A stretch of 64,000 nt of DNA from a virus (IMGVR_UViG_3300017911_000967:32942-96941); one strand, 5' to 3'. Positions 42,128 to 52,476 are shown, counted from the first letter of the stretch. Made by a program: numbers and translations. The notes: a model not told the origin generated them from the sequence alone.

Positions 42128-42497
42128 CCCCCCATCAATTATCACGGACGAACAACGAAAGAACTTTGTTCACGAACAGGACTACGAGTACTCCCGTGAT
42201 ACCTACTATGATCTAATCGAAAAAGGTCGAGAATCGCTTGACCTAATGATTCAGGTCGCACGTGAATCAGAACATCCCCGAGCATTCGAGGTGTTGTCTA
42301 ATATGATAAAGGACATCGCTAACGTCAATGACAAGCTGATGGAACTTAACAAGAAACAAAAAGAACTGTTGCAAGACGACAAACCCAAAGAGACAAACAC
42401 CACGAATAACAATCTGTTCATCGGGTCGACAACTGAACTCCAGCGTTTCCTATTGGGGGACAAGGATGAGAAGGTCATAGACCAAGACGATGAGTAG
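42111..42497 (+). CDS. gp16: Terminase small subunit gp16
   Basis: DYEYSR..Y..LIEKG...A.ESEHPRAFEV, NNLFIGSTTELQ. Confidence 0.95.
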   Translation: MTDSHNPPSIITDEQRKNFVHEQDYEYSRDTYYDLIEKGRESLDLMIQVARESEHPRAFEVLSNMIKDIANVNDKLMELNKKQKELLQDDKPKETNTTNNNLFIGSTTELQRFLLGDKDEKVIDQDDE

Positions 42498-44109
42498 TTA
42501 TAGTAAGAACTCCTATCTAGGCAATCCTCAGATCAAACGAGATGGTGTCGCAGAAGAGTGGGACGCCACGAAACTCCGTGAGTATAAGAAGTGCATGGAG
42601 GACCCCTCGTACTTCTGTAAACAATACGTCAAGGTCATCCACCTAGACAAGGGTCTCGTTCCATTCGACCTCTATCCATATCAGGAAGACATGTTCGATC
42701 ACTTCGAGGAGAATCGATTCTCTATCGTCCTCGCGTGTCGTCAGTCGGGTAAGTCGATTAGTTCGGTTGGATACATCCTTTGGTATGCCCTATTCCACCC
42801 AGAGAAGACTATCGCGATTCTCGCGAACAAGGGTGCGACTGCACGTGAGATGTTGGCGCGTGTAACCTTAATGTTGGAAAACCTTCCCTTCTTTCTACAG
42901 CCAGGATGTAAGGCACTCAATAAGGGGTCCATAGAACTATCCAACAACTCGCGTATCGTTGCGGCGGCAACCTCTGGTTCGTCGATTCGTGGTATGTCGG
43001 TCAACCTACTATTCCTAGATGAGTTTGCGTTCGTAGAGAACGCGGCAGAGTTCTATACGTCAACCTATCCAGTGGTGTCGTCCGGTACGGACACCAAGGT
43101 GATCATCACGTCTACCGCGAACGGTATCGGTAACACATACCATAAGATCTGGGAAGGTGCAGTCCAAAACGTAAACGAATACAAACCATTCCGCGTGGAC
43201 TGGTGGGACGTGCCTGGGCGAGATGAAAGGTGGAAAGAGGAGACCATCGCGAATACATCCCAACTCCAGTTTGATCAGGAGTTTGGGAATACCTTCTTCG
43301 GGACGGGTGACACGTTGATCGAGGGCAATACCCTACTAGATCTACGTGCACGACAACCAATAAACTTATTGGAAGGTGGGGATCTCAAGGTATATGAGAA
43401 ACCCGTAAAAGATCATGAATATATCATGACCGTGGATGTAAGTAAAGGTAGAGGTCAGGATTACTCGACATTTACGGTAATCGATGTGTCACAAAGGCCA
43501 TTCAAGCAAGTGGCTGTATATCGAAACAACAATATTTCTCCCTTGCTCTACCCTAATATTATTTATAAGTACGCAAATCTTTATAACGAAGCGCTTTGTG
43601 TTGTGGAGAACAATGATGCGGGTATGCTCGTTGCGGTCGGTCTCTACCAAGACCTAGAGTACGAAAATATGTTCTTGGAGTCTGCAATCAAGTCCGACGC
43701 GATCGGTGTGACAATGACTCGCAAGGTAAAACGCATCGGTTGTTCGTCCATAAAGGATATCATAGAAAACAATAAATTGCAAGTGGTTGACGAAGAAACA
43801 ATTCTAGAGATCTCCACCTTCGTCTCTAAAGGTGTGTCCTACGAGGCAAGTGAAGGTAATCACGATGACTTGATGATGAACTTAGTGATGTTCGGATACT
43901 TCGTCTCCACTCAATCTTTCGGTGACAACTTCGATATGAATATCAAAAACCTTCTGTTCGAAGAGAGGATGGCCCAGATCGAGGAAGACTTACCACCGTT
44001 CGGTATCATCGACGATGGCAGAGGTCAGGTCGAAGCGCCGTCAACAGATGGTGCAGAATGGTCGAACTTTCAGACCCCATTCGATACAAATTACGGTGAA
44101 AACTGGTAA
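42490..44109 (+). CDS. gp17: Terminase large subunit gp17
   Basis: YLGNP, RQSGKS Walker A, LFLDEFAF Walker B, DVSKGRGQDYS, HDDLMM. Confidence 0.97.
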   Translation: MSSYSKNSYLGNPQIKRDGVAEEWDATKLREYKKCMEDPSYFCKQYVKVIHLDKGLVPFDLYPYQEDMFDHFEENRFSIVLACRQSGKSISSVGYILWYALFHPEKTIAILANKGATAREMLARVTLMLENLPFFLQPGCKALNKGSIELSNNSRIVAAATSGSSIRGMSVNLLFLDEFAFVENAAEFYTSTYPVVSSGTDTKVIITSTANGIGNTYHKIWEGAVQNVNEYKPFRVDWWDVPGRDERWKEETIANTSQLQFDQEFGNTFFGTGDTLIEGNTLLDLRARQPINLLEGGDLKVYEKPVKDHEYIMTVDVSKGRGQDYSTFTVIDVSQRPFKQVAVYRNNNISPLLYPNIIYKYANLYNEALCVVENNDAGMLVAVGLYQDLEYENMFLESAIKSDAIGVTMTRKVKRIGCSSIKDIIENNKLQVVDEETILEISTFVSKGVSYEASEGNHDDLMMNLVMFGYFVSTQSFGDNFDMNIKNLLFEERMAQIEEDLPPFGIIDDGRGQVEAPSTDGAEWSNFQTPFDTNYGENW

Positions 44110-44111
44110 GT

Positions 44112-44119
44112 TATAAATA
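44112..44119 (+). promoter_or_regulatory. T4-type late promoter TATAAATA
   Basis: Exact consensus upstream of gp18. Confidence 0.8.
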
Positions 44120-44185
44120 GTGTTATTGACGATATTACTCCGTATTATGTTTAACTTATTATACCTTAACTAGAAGGATACAATC

Positions 44186-45583
44186 ATGGCTCTTAAATCA
44201 AATGAGTCACCAGGCGTAACTATTAAAGAATTTGACTTGTCGGGAACTGTCCCTTCAGTCACTTCTACTACAGGTGCGTTTGTAGGTGACTTCGCATGGG
44301 GCCCAGTAGACACACCAGTTTTCGTTGCAAACGAGTCAGAACTGGTTGCTAAATTCGGGTCTCCAAAGGACGGAAGCAACTCAAAGGATTTCCTCGCAGT
44401 CGCTCAGTTCTTAAAGTATTCGGGTAGTGCATTTGTAACTCGTGTAAACAGTGGTGTTGCTGCAGCAGACGATGACGCTGTAGTCTCTGCAAAACACGTT
44501 GGTAAACAGGGTAACAAACTATCCGTAACAGTTTCGGGCGTAAGCCCAGACTTATCAGTCACTGTCTCATATGACGGTGAACCAGTCGAATTATTTGACT
44601 TCCTAAGTGCAACGGTCGGCGACGAACGTTATGTAGTCGAGTACGTAAACCGTCGTTCAAACTGGATTTCTTTACCAGATGTGCCAGTCGCGGGAACTTA
44701 TGACCTACAAAACGGAACAGACGGTGCAGGTAATAATCTTGCTGCAATTGACAGAGCATACGGTGATGTTGATCAAATTCAAATCGACTTCATTTGTGCA
44801 CACAACGTTGCAAACGACCAAGTATTTAACCTTGTTCAGATTGCAGAAGATCGTAAGGACTGTGTTGTTGTTGCATCACCAGATTTTGCTCCTACATCAT
44901 TAGAACACGTTACTGGTTGGGCGGTCACAAAGCCTTCATCTTCGTATCTAATCATGGACGGTAACTGGGTACAGGTATACAACAAGTACCTAGATAAGTA
45001 CGAAATGATCCCAGCATGTTCATCAACTGCGGGTATCATGGCGGCAACTGATCTGGAAGCGGCACCTTGGTTCTCCCCTGCGGGAACACGTCGTGGTCAG
45101 TACTTCGGTGTATCTGCACTTTCGTTCAATCCAACAAAGGGTGAACGTCATGAGATGTACAAGGCGCGTGTCAACCCAATCGTGTCTATGCCGGGCCAAG
45201 GAACCGTACTATTCGGTGACAAGACTGCACTATCACGTCCATCTGCATTCGACCGCATCAACGTTCGTCGACTATTCATAGTCATTGAACGCGCAATCGG
45301 CGAAGCTGCGAAGAACGTCATGTTCGAACTGAATGACGACTTCACACGTGCAGAGTTCACAAACATCGTAGAACCTTTCCTACGTGAAGTCCAAGGTCGT
45401 CGTGGTATCACTGACTTCCGTGTCGTTTGTGACGAAACAAACAACACACCAGAGGTCATTGACCGTAACGAATTCGTCGCGTCTTGCTTCATCAAGCCAG
45501 CACGTTCAATAAACTACGTCACTCTCAACTTCGTCGCAGTTCGTACTGGCGTCGAGTTTGAAGAAGTGGTCGGTCAAATCTAA
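44186..45583 (+). CDS. gp18: Tail sheath protein gp18 (compact, 465 aa)
   Basis: SPGVTIKEFDLS, FAWGPV, PWFSPAG..RG, FDRINVRRLF, IKPARSINYVTLNFVAVRTGV. Confidence 0.97.
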   Translation: MALKSNESPGVTIKEFDLSGTVPSVTSTTGAFVGDFAWGPVDTPVFVANESELVAKFGSPKDGSNSKDFLAVAQFLKYSGSAFVTRVNSGVAAADDDAVVSAKHVGKQGNKLSVTVSGVSPDLSVTVSYDGEPVELFDFLSATVGDERYVVEYVNRRSNWISLPDVPVAGTYDLQNGTDGAGNNLAAIDRAYGDVDQIQIDFICAHNVANDQVFNLVQIAEDRKDCVVVASPDFAPTSLEHVTGWAVTKPSSSYLIMDGNWVQVYNKYLDKYEMIPACSSTAGIMAATDLEAAPWFSPAGTRRGQYFGVSALSFNPTKGERHEMYKARVNPIVSMPGQGTVLFGDKTALSRPSAFDRINVRRLFIVIERAIGEAAKNVMFELNDDFTRAEFTNIVEPFLREVQGRRGITDFRVVCDETNNTPEVIDRNEFVASCFIKPARSINYVTLNFVAVRTGVEFEEVVGQI

Positions 45584-45594
45584 GGAGAACGATC

Positions 45595-46119
45595 ATGACA
45601 TTAAGAGTAGACGATTTTAAAGCAAAGTTGAAAGGTGGCGGTGCACGTCCTAACCTATTCCGTGTTCTAATGAACTTCCCTGCATACGCAGGTGGCAATG
45701 CGGAACTTGCGTCATTCATGTGTAAGACCGCACAGTTACCAGCATCAACTGTCGCGTCAGTTGACGTTCCTTTCCGTGGTCGTATTCTAAAGATCGCCGG
45801 TGAACGTACATTTGAGGATTGGGAGGTAACCATCATCAATGACACCGACTTCGCGGTTCGTGATGCACTAGAACGTTGGATGAACGGTATCAATGGTCAT
45901 AGTGCGAATACGGGTATTACATCACCAACACTTTATCAGGCAGACATGGTTGTCGAACAGTTAGATAAAGACGGAAGTGTCCTAAAGACATATAACTTCC
46001 GTGGTGCGTTCCCAATCAATTTGGGTTCTATTGAACTGGATTACGGAACTGGAGACGCTATCGAAGAGTTCACTGCATCTTTCGCAATCCAATACTGGGA
46101 GTCAAATACCACTAGTTAA
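45595..46119 (+). CDS. gp19: Tail tube protein gp19
   Basis: GGGARPNLFRV, VPFRGRILKIAGERTFEDW..TIIND.DF. Confidence 0.97.
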   Translation: MTLRVDDFKAKLKGGGARPNLFRVLMNFPAYAGGNAELASFMCKTAQLPASTVASVDVPFRGRILKIAGERTFEDWEVTIINDTDFAVRDALERWMNGINGHSANTGITSPTLYQADMVVEQLDKDGSVLKTYNFRGAFPINLGSIELDYGTGDAIEEFTASFAIQYWESNTTS

Positions 46120-46141
46120 AGGTATTATAAGTAAGTTTGAT

Positions 46142-46160
46142 GGGGGTGCCTTGCACCCCC
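46142..46160 (+). terminator. GC hairpin after gp19
   Basis: GGGGGTGC-CTT-GCACCCCC. Confidence 0.55.
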
Positions 46161-46182
46161 TTATACTTGAACTGAGGATCTT

Positions 46183-47688
46183 ATGGCAGATAACGACTCA
46201 AACGTTTTCTCTGCGTTCGGTTTCGAACTGAAGAGAACGTCTAAAGAAAAAGAGGACAAGAAGGTAACGTCTATCGTCCCTAAAGTGGATGAGGATGGTG
46301 CTGGTTACGTCACCGCGTCGGGTTCGTACTTCGGACAGTACATCGACATGGAAGGCGGTTCTGCAAAAGATAATCACGGACTCATCACTAAGTATCGACA
46401 GATCGCGGAACATCCGGAAGTCGATGCTGCAATCGAAGACATCCTAAACGAATCTATCGTTGCGGGTGAACTAGAATCTACTGTTGCGTTGAACCTAGAC
46501 AAGGTCGACACTTCAGACAAAATCAAAAACACACTACTCGAAGAGTTCGACAGCATCGTTGCGATGTTGAACTTCGAGGAGTACGGTCACGACATGTTCC
46601 GTTCATGGTATGTCGATGGTCGTCTATATCACCACCTTGTGGTCGACACATCTAATCCTAAGATGGGGATCCAAGAGATCCGTCCAATCGACGCTGCAAA
46701 GATCCGCAAGGTCAAAGAGGTGAAACACAAAACAGATCCAGCAACTGGTGCAAAACTGGTAGACAAGGTAAACGAGTTTTACATCTACCAAGACAAAGGC
46801 GGAACAGGTACTGGCGTCAAGTTGACCGCTGATTCTGTTTCGTATATCACTTCAGGTCTACTGGACAACTCAAAGAAGCGTGTCCTATCCTACCTACAGA
46901 AAGCAATCAAACCCGTAAACCAGTTGCGCATGATGGAAGACTCGTTAGTCATCTATCGTATGTCTCGCGCACCTGAACGTCGCATCTTCTACATCGACGT
47001 AGGTAACTTACCGAAGGGCAAATCAGAACAATACATCAAGGACATCATGGCGCGTTACCGCAACAAGATCGTCTATGATGCGAACACGGGTGAGATCAAG
47101 GATGACCGCAAGCATATGTCAATGCTTGAAGACTTCTGGTTACCACGTCGTGAAGGTGGTCGAGGAACGGAGATCAGTACACTACCAGGCGGAGAGAACC
47201 TTGGCCAGATCGACGATATCATTTATTTTCAAAAGAAGTTGTATCGTTCACTGAACGTACCTCTATCACGTCTCGAACAGGAACAACAGTTCGCGCTAGG
47301 TCGTGCGACAGAGATCAACCGTGATGAGGTGAAGTTCCAGAAGTTCATTGACAGGATGCGCCGCAAGTTCGCGAACCTGTTTACTGGTATCCTACGTAAG
47401 CAGTTGTTACTAAAAGGTATATGTACCGAACAAGACTGGGAGACGTGGAAGAACCACATCCAGATCGACTTCAACCGCGACAACCACTTTGTCGAGTTGA
47501 AGGAATCAGAACTACTGCGCGAACGACTACAGACTATGGATCAGATTTCCGGTTACGTGGGAGAGTACTTCTCACGTGAGTGGGTTATGAAGAACGTCAT
47601 GATGTTCAATGATGAGGACATTGCAGAGATGGCGAAACAAGTCGAAGCTGAGAATGCAAACAGCGACGATATGGATGATGACTTTTAA
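46183..47688 (+). CDS. gp20: Portal protein gp20
   Basis: WYVDGRLY, NQLRMMEDSLVIYR.SRAPERRIFYIDVGNLPK, EDFWLPRREGGRGTEISTLPGG. Confidence 0.98.
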   Translation: MADNDSNVFSAFGFELKRTSKEKEDKKVTSIVPKVDEDGAGYVTASGSYFGQYIDMEGGSAKDNHGLITKYRQIAEHPEVDAAIEDILNESIVAGELESTVALNLDKVDTSDKIKNTLLEEFDSIVAMLNFEEYGHDMFRSWYVDGRLYHHLVVDTSNPKMGIQEIRPIDAAKIRKVKEVKHKTDPATGAKLVDKVNEFYIYQDKGGTGTGVKLTADSVSYITSGLLDNSKKRVLSYLQKAIKPVNQLRMMEDSLVIYRMSRAPERRIFYIDVGNLPKGKSEQYIKDIMARYRNKIVYDANTGEIKDDRKHMSMLEDFWLPRREGGRGTEISTLPGGENLGQIDDIIYFQKKLYRSLNVPLSRLEQEQQFALGRATEINRDEVKFQKFIDRMRRKFANLFTGILRKQLLLKGICTEQDWETWKNHIQIDFNRDNHFVELKESELLRERLQTMDQISGYVGEYFSREWVMKNVMMFNDEDIAEMAKQVEAENANSDDMDDDF

Positions 47689-47700
47689 GGAGTATATGTA

Positions 47701-47979
47701 ATGAGCGAGAATGAAACAGTTGAACTATCCCCAACAGAAAATCTAGTCGCCGCGCTAGAGGTAGGAAACTTCACTTCTGCCGAGGAACTATTCAACACCC
47801 TTATGCACGACAAGGTGCAAGACGCACTTGACGCAGAAAAGGTTAGTGTTGCGGATCTGATTTTCAATGGTGTTGAAGAAGAAGATTTAGAAGTAACCGA
47901 CGAAGAAATCGACGCGGCACTAGAGTCTGATGACTTCGAAGACGTGGAATTCGGTGAAGAAGCGGACGATTTCGAATAA
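47701..47979 (+). CDS. gp67: Prohead core protein (gp67-like)
   Basis: Small acidic protein after the portal gene; assigned by synteny. Confidence 0.6.
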   Translation: MSENETVELSPTENLVAALEVGNFTSAEELFNTLMHDKVQDALDAEKVSVADLIFNGVEEEDLEVTDEEIDAALESDDFEDVEFGEEADDFE

Positions 47980-48003
47980 AATCGCGGTTAAAAACTTTCT
48001 GTG

Positions 48004-48011
48004 TATAAATA
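48004..48011 (+). promoter_or_regulatory. T4-type late promoter TATAAATA
   Basis: Exact consensus. Confidence 0.8.
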
Positions 48012-48030
48012 CTCTAATAGGGAGACAAGA

Positions 48031-48231
48031 ATGAAAACTTTTCAAGAAATTCGTGAATCAAAAGACAAGGTCGTTTTCAACAAGAAGATGTCCGGTTACC
48101 CTGTTGTCATCACTAAGACACCGAAGGGTTTTCATCTAACGATCGACGGAGACTCTGTCGATACGTTTAAGTCACAGAAAGAAGCGGAGACAACCGCTAA
48201 ACAAGTCTTAAAGGACTTAGGAAAACTATAA
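48031..48231 (+). CDS. Small prohead protein (gp68 position)
   Basis: MKTFQEIRE start after GGAG; between gp67-like and gp21. Confidence 0.6.
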   Translation: MKTFQEIRESKDKVVFNKKMSGYPVVITKTPKGFHLTIDGDSVDTFKSQKEAETTAKQVLKDLGKL

Positions 48232-48890
48232 TGAAACTGATTAGCGAATTCGTAGAAAACGACATTGAATGCATCGTTGAAGCCAAAGAGAACGGCGAGA
48301 AAAACTATGTCATTGAAGGTGTATTCGCTCAGGCAGACAAAAAGAATCGTAACGGACGTATCTACCCAAAACCAATTATGGAGAAGGCGGTAAATACGTA
48401 TGTTGAAAATCAGGTTAGCAAAAAACGCGCTGTCGGTGAATTGAATCACCCAGAAGGCCCGACTGTTAACTTGGACAAAGTTTCTCACCTCATTACTGAC
48501 TTGAAATTTGAAGGAAATGATGTGGTTGGAAAGGCGCAAATATTGGACACCCCAATGGGTCAGATAGTGAAAGGTCTCTTAGAGGGCGGTGTTCAACTAG
48601 GTGTGTCAACTCGTGGAATGGGAAGTCTTGAGAGTAAAAACGGCGTAATGTACGTCAAGGATGATTTTATTCTTGCTACGGTAGATATCGTACAAGATCC
48701 ATCGGCACCGGAAGCATTTGTTAATGGGATTATGGAAGGTGTAGATTGGGTGTGGAATAATGGAATCCTAGAACCTCAAGCTATTGAAGATATAGAGACT
48801 GAAATTAAGCAAGCACCTATCGCACATCAACCTGAAGTGCAGATTCGTGAGTTCAAGAATTTCCTCTCGTTAATCAAATCTAAACTATAA
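48231..48890 (+). CDS. gp21: Prohead protease gp21
   Basis: IEGVFAQA..KNRNGRIYP, GELNHP, LGVSTRGMGSL, DIVQDPSAPEAFV. Confidence 0.97.
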   Translation: MKLISEFVENDIECIVEAKENGEKNYVIEGVFAQADKKNRNGRIYPKPIMEKAVNTYVENQVSKKRAVGELNHPEGPTVNLDKVSHLITDLKFEGNDVVGKAQILDTPMGQIVKGLLEGGVQLGVSTRGMGSLESKNGVMYVKDDFILATVDIVQDPSAPEAFVNGIMEGVDWVWNNGILEPQAIEDIETEIKQAPIAHQPEVQIREFKNFLSLIKSKL

Positions 48891-48899
48891 GGAGTCACT

Positions 48900-49931
48900 A
48901 TGACTGATTTAAATCAAGCAGCAGAAAGTGAAATCCGCGATACCGAGATTGAAACTAACGAAATCGTGGAGGAAACTCTCGAAGAAGCAGCTCCAGAAAA
49001 TAAAGACGCGGTCACAGAACCAGAAGCAATCGCTTCGGTTGACAAGGCGGCTAATGCTGCTCCAAAGGCTACCCCACCAAAAACTAAAGCAGGCATGATC
49101 AACGCAATGCATAATAAACTAATGTCATCTTCTAAGGCAGAAGTAAAAGCTGCTTACGAGAAGATGTATGAAGAAGTTGCCAATGCTGGCGTTGAACTTG
49201 CAGTCGAGGAAGTAGATACTGCTTCTGAACTAGCTGCGATTGTTGAAGGTGAAGCGACTCTATCTGAAGAGTTCAAGCAAAAGACATCTGTAATCTTCGA
49301 AGCGGCTGTAAAGTCAAAGCTTTCTGAAGAGATCACACGTCTTGAAGAGAACTACGCGGTAGAACTTGCTGAAGAAGTCGAAACAATCAAAACTGACCTA
49401 GTCGGTAAGGTTGATTCATACCTAAACTATGTAGTTGAAACTTGGATGGAAGACAACAAAGTTGCAATTCAGAACGGTCTACGTACTGAAATCGCAGAGA
49501 CTTTCATGAACAACATGCGTGACCTATTCGTAGAGTCATACATCGAAGTTCCAGAAACCAAGGTCGACCTAGTTGACGAACTTGCAGGACAAGTAGAAGA
49601 GTTAGAAGAGCGTCTAAACAACACTACTGGCGATGCAATTTCACTAGCTGAAGAACTTGAAACTTATAAGCGTAACACTATCATCGCTGAGGCATCACGT
49701 GATTTAGCAGACACACAAACGGAGAAGCTAAAGGGTCTCCTAGAAAGCGTTGACTTCGAGAACGAAGAAACATTCGTTGCGAAGGTAAACACTGTCAAGG
49801 AATCATACTTCTCAAAAGAAATCCCAGAGCAACTTGAAGAATCTGTCGAAGAATCGTCAGAGGAAGAAGTAGAGGTTTCATCTGTAATGGAGAACTACCT
49901 ACACGCTCTTCGTAAAACCACTAAGCAATAA
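48900..49931 (+). CDS. gp22: Prohead scaffold gp22
   Basis: LSEEFK.K..VIFEAAV, KVDSYLNYVVE.WM..N..AI..GLR.EI.E.F. Confidence 0.95.
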   Translation: MTDLNQAAESEIRDTEIETNEIVEETLEEAAPENKDAVTEPEAIASVDKAANAAPKATPPKTKAGMINAMHNKLMSSSKAEVKAAYEKMYEEVANAGVELAVEEVDTASELAAIVEGEATLSEEFKQKTSVIFEAAVKSKLSEEITRLEENYAVELAEEVETIKTDLVGKVDSYLNYVVETWMEDNKVAIQNGLRTEIAETFMNNMRDLFVESYIEVPETKVDLVDELAGQVEELEERLNNTTGDAISLAEELETYKRNTIIAEASRDLADTQTEKLKGLLESVDFENEETFVAKVNTVKESYFSKEIPEQLEESVEESSEEEVEVSSVMENYLHALRKTTKQ

Positions 49932-49942
49932 GGAATACTAAA

Positions 49943-51247
49943 ATGCAATCATTCGATACATTGATTGAGAAGTGGTCACCAGTACTTAACGAAGAATCTG
50001 CTGGCGCGATCACTGATCCACTACGTAAGGCAGTAACTGCTGCCGTTCTAGAAAACCAAGAAAAGGCTCTAATGGAAGAGCGCGCTGCAACAGCAGGTTT
50101 TCTAACAGAAGCACCAACTAACGCAACTGGCAGTGCAGTCGCGAACTGGGATCCAGTTCTAATCTCACTAGTACGTCGCGCAATGCCAAACCTAATGGCA
50201 TACGACCTATGTGGTGTCCAGCCAATGTCTGGTCCAACTGGTCTAATCTTCGCGATGAAGTCACACTACGACTCACAGACAGGTCCAGAGGCACTAGGTC
50301 TTGACGAGCCTAAGTCAGGTTTCTCTGGCGCAGTTGGTCAACAAGGCGAATCTTCAGGTCTTGCTGGTCTACAGTCTGACGGTACAGGTCGTGAACTAGG
50401 TCTACCAGGCCGTCCAATGTCTACAGGCGCTGCTGAGTCTCTAGGTGAAGTTGAAGGTTCATTCAAGGAAATGGGTTTCTCAATCGAGAAGCAGAGCGTT
50501 GTTGCTAAGTCACGCGCACTAAAGGCTGAGTACTCACTAGAACTTGCACAAGACCTAAAGGCAATCCACGGTCTTGACGCAGAGACAGAACTAGCAAACA
50601 TCCTGTCTACAGAAATCCTTGCAGAGATCAACCGCGAAATCGTTCGCACAATCAACTCTCAAGCGGTTCTAGGTGCACAGACTTCTAACGTCGCTGCTCC
50701 AGGCATCTTTGACGTATCAACAGACGGCGACGGTCGTTGGTCTGCTGAGAAGTTCAAGGGTCTAGCAATGCAAATCGATCGTGAAGCAAACGCAATCGCG
50801 AAGGCTACACGTCGTGGTAAGGGTAACATCGTTGTATGTTCATCTGACGTTGCTACTGCACTTGCAGCTTCTGGTCAACTAGACTACACACCAGGCGCTG
50901 GTCTATCAGTAGATGACACTGGTAACACATTCGCTGGTACTCTAAACGGTCGCCTACGCGTATTCATCGACCCATATGCAACTGTTGACTACCTAACAGT
51001 TGGTTATAAGGGAACAAATGCATACGACGCAGGTATGTTCTACTGCCCATACGTACCACTACAGATGGTCAAGGCAGTTGCAGAAGATACGTTCCAGCCT
51101 AAGATTGGTTTCAAGACTCGTTACGGCATGGCTGCAAACCCATTCGTATCAGGTCCAGGCCAACACGACATGGCTAACACAGCAGGTGCGAACACATACT
51201 ACCGCATCTTCCGTGTTGACAACCTAATGGTTCAAGCAGGATCATAA
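49943..51247 (+). CDS. gp23: Major capsid protein gp23
   Basis: DPVLISLVRRAMPNL.AYDLCGVQPMSGPTGLIFAM, KSRALKAEYSLELAQDLKAIHGLDAE, FQPKIGFKTRYG. Confidence 0.99.
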   Translation: MQSFDTLIEKWSPVLNEESAGAITDPLRKAVTAAVLENQEKALMEERAATAGFLTEAPTNATGSAVANWDPVLISLVRRAMPNLMAYDLCGVQPMSGPTGLIFAMKSHYDSQTGPEALGLDEPKSGFSGAVGQQGESSGLAGLQSDGTGRELGLPGRPMSTGAAESLGEVEGSFKEMGFSIEKQSVVAKSRALKAEYSLELAQDLKAIHGLDAETELANILSTEILAEINREIVRTINSQAVLGAQTSNVAAPGIFDVSTDGDGRWSAEKFKGLAMQIDREANAIAKATRRGKGNIVVCSSDVATALAASGQLDYTPGAGLSVDDTGNTFAGTLNGRLRVFIDPYATVDYLTVGYKGTNAYDAGMFYCPYVPLQMVKAVAEDTFQPKIGFKTRYGMAANPFVSGPGQHDMANTAGANTYYRIFRVDNLMVQAGS

Positions 51248-51276
51248 TAAAAAGAACTATTCATTAGTCATTTTTA

Positions 51277-51302
51277 GGGGAGTCTTCGGACTCCCTTTTT
51301 TT
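51277..51302 (+). terminator. Rho-independent terminator after gp23
   Basis: GGGAGTC-TTCG-GACTCCC + T7. Confidence 0.9.
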
Positions 51303-51307
51303 ATGCG

Positions 51308-51315
51308 TATAAATA
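51308..51315 (+). promoter_or_regulatory. T4-type late promoter TATAAATA
   Basis: Exact consensus upstream of gp3. Confidence 0.8.
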
Positions 51316-51336
51316 AAGTGACTAAGAGGATACACT

Positions 51337-51801
51337 ATGAGCGTAACATCTAACACAAACTTCTTGCAACCTACGGGATTCCGTGTCGTCATCGAACGCG
51401 CAAAATACGGAAACCTAGAATTCTTTGCGCAGTCAGTAACTCACCCAGGCTCTAGTGCGAACGCAGTGGATCGACCGATCGCAAAGATTCAGAGATTCCC
51501 TGTTGCCGCAGACACCATCGAGTACACAGATCTATCGATGCAGTTGATCCTAGATGAAGACATGGTCGCATACAAGGAAATGCAGGATTGGATGCAACGC
51601 ACGGTAGACACCTCAGAAGATCTATCTCAAGACATTACGGTCATCATCCTAACCAGTCACAACAACCCAAACATAAAGATCAAGTATGAGGGATGCCTTC
51701 CTGTCCAGCTTGGATCTGTTGAATTGAATTCCACAATCGGAGACGTTGCATATATAACATACGACGCAACATTTAAGTACACTAAATTCACTATATCATG
51801 A
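51337..51801 (+). CDS. gp3: Tail tube terminator / head-proximal tail completion protein gp3
   Basis: NFLQPTGF, LEFFAQSV..PG, ILDEDM..Y.E...W; synteny after gp23. Confidence 0.85.
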   Translation: MSVTSNTNFLQPTGFRVVIERAKYGNLEFFAQSVTHPGSSANAVDRPIAKIQRFPVAADTIEYTDLSMQLILDEDMVAYKEMQDWMQRTVDTSEDLSQDITVIILTSHNNPNIKIKYEGCLPVQLGSVELNSTIGDVAYITYDATFKYTKFTIS

Positions 51802-52442
51802 TGGTAAAATTAGATATAAAGAACCGGAACCTCTTAGAGATTCTGGAGGATTTCCGATATACGTATCGAGAGTTGTACCAACCCGAACAGACAAACCGAT
51901 GTCTAGTCGAGGAGTTGCGCGGGCAGGCAGATTACTACACGGGTGATGAGGAGATGTGGCGAGTAATCGACGAAGGTCGTGGTCACAGAGGCGCCGCAGA
52001 GAACTCCGTCTGCCATCCAATCAAACCCGATCACTACTTCGGGACGCACCCAGAAGAATACCGCAAGACGTGGAACTCACTCAACTCCAGTTTGATGGAG
52101 GAACTGGGTGTGCAACACAGTGCACTCTCAACACTCTACCCGCCTGGCGGTTTCATCGGTTGGCATAACAACGCAGACGCATCCGCATACAACGTGATCT
52201 TCACGTGGTCCGAAAAAGGAGATGGATGGTTCAAGTATGTCGACCCAAAGACCGAACAGGTAATCGCGGTTCAAGATGAACAGGGGTGGAACTGTAAGGC
52301 GGGATACTTCGGTGACTATGACTCAGGTAATGTCGTTTATCATGCAGCTCGTACAGAATGTTACCGTATGACTCTTAGTTACGTGTTGGGTCACGACGAA
52401 GACTATTGGAAAGATTGTATTGAAACGATCACCAATATGTGA
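51798..52442 (+). CDS. 2OG-Fe(II) oxygenase-like (DSBH) protein, paralog of 28709-29416
   Basis: YPPGGFIGWHNNA...VYHAA...RMTLSY. Confidence 0.7.
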   Translation: MMVKLDIKNRNLLEILEDFRYTYRELYQPEQTNRCLVEELRGQADYYTGDEEMWRVIDEGRGHRGAAENSVCHPIKPDHYFGTHPEEYRKTWNSLNSSLMEELGVQHSALSTLYPPGGFIGWHNNADASAYNVIFTWSEKGDGWFKYVDPKTEQVIAVQDEQGWNCKAGYFGDYDSGNVVYHAARTECYRMTLSYVLGHDEDYWKDCIETITNM

Positions 52443-52448
52443 TATAAT
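52420..52448 (+). promoter_or_regulatory. sigma70-type promoter TTGAAA-N17-TATAAT
   Basis: Upstream of uvsY. Confidence 0.65.
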
Positions 52449-52476
52449 GTAGTTTTGAAAACTCCACGGATTATAC

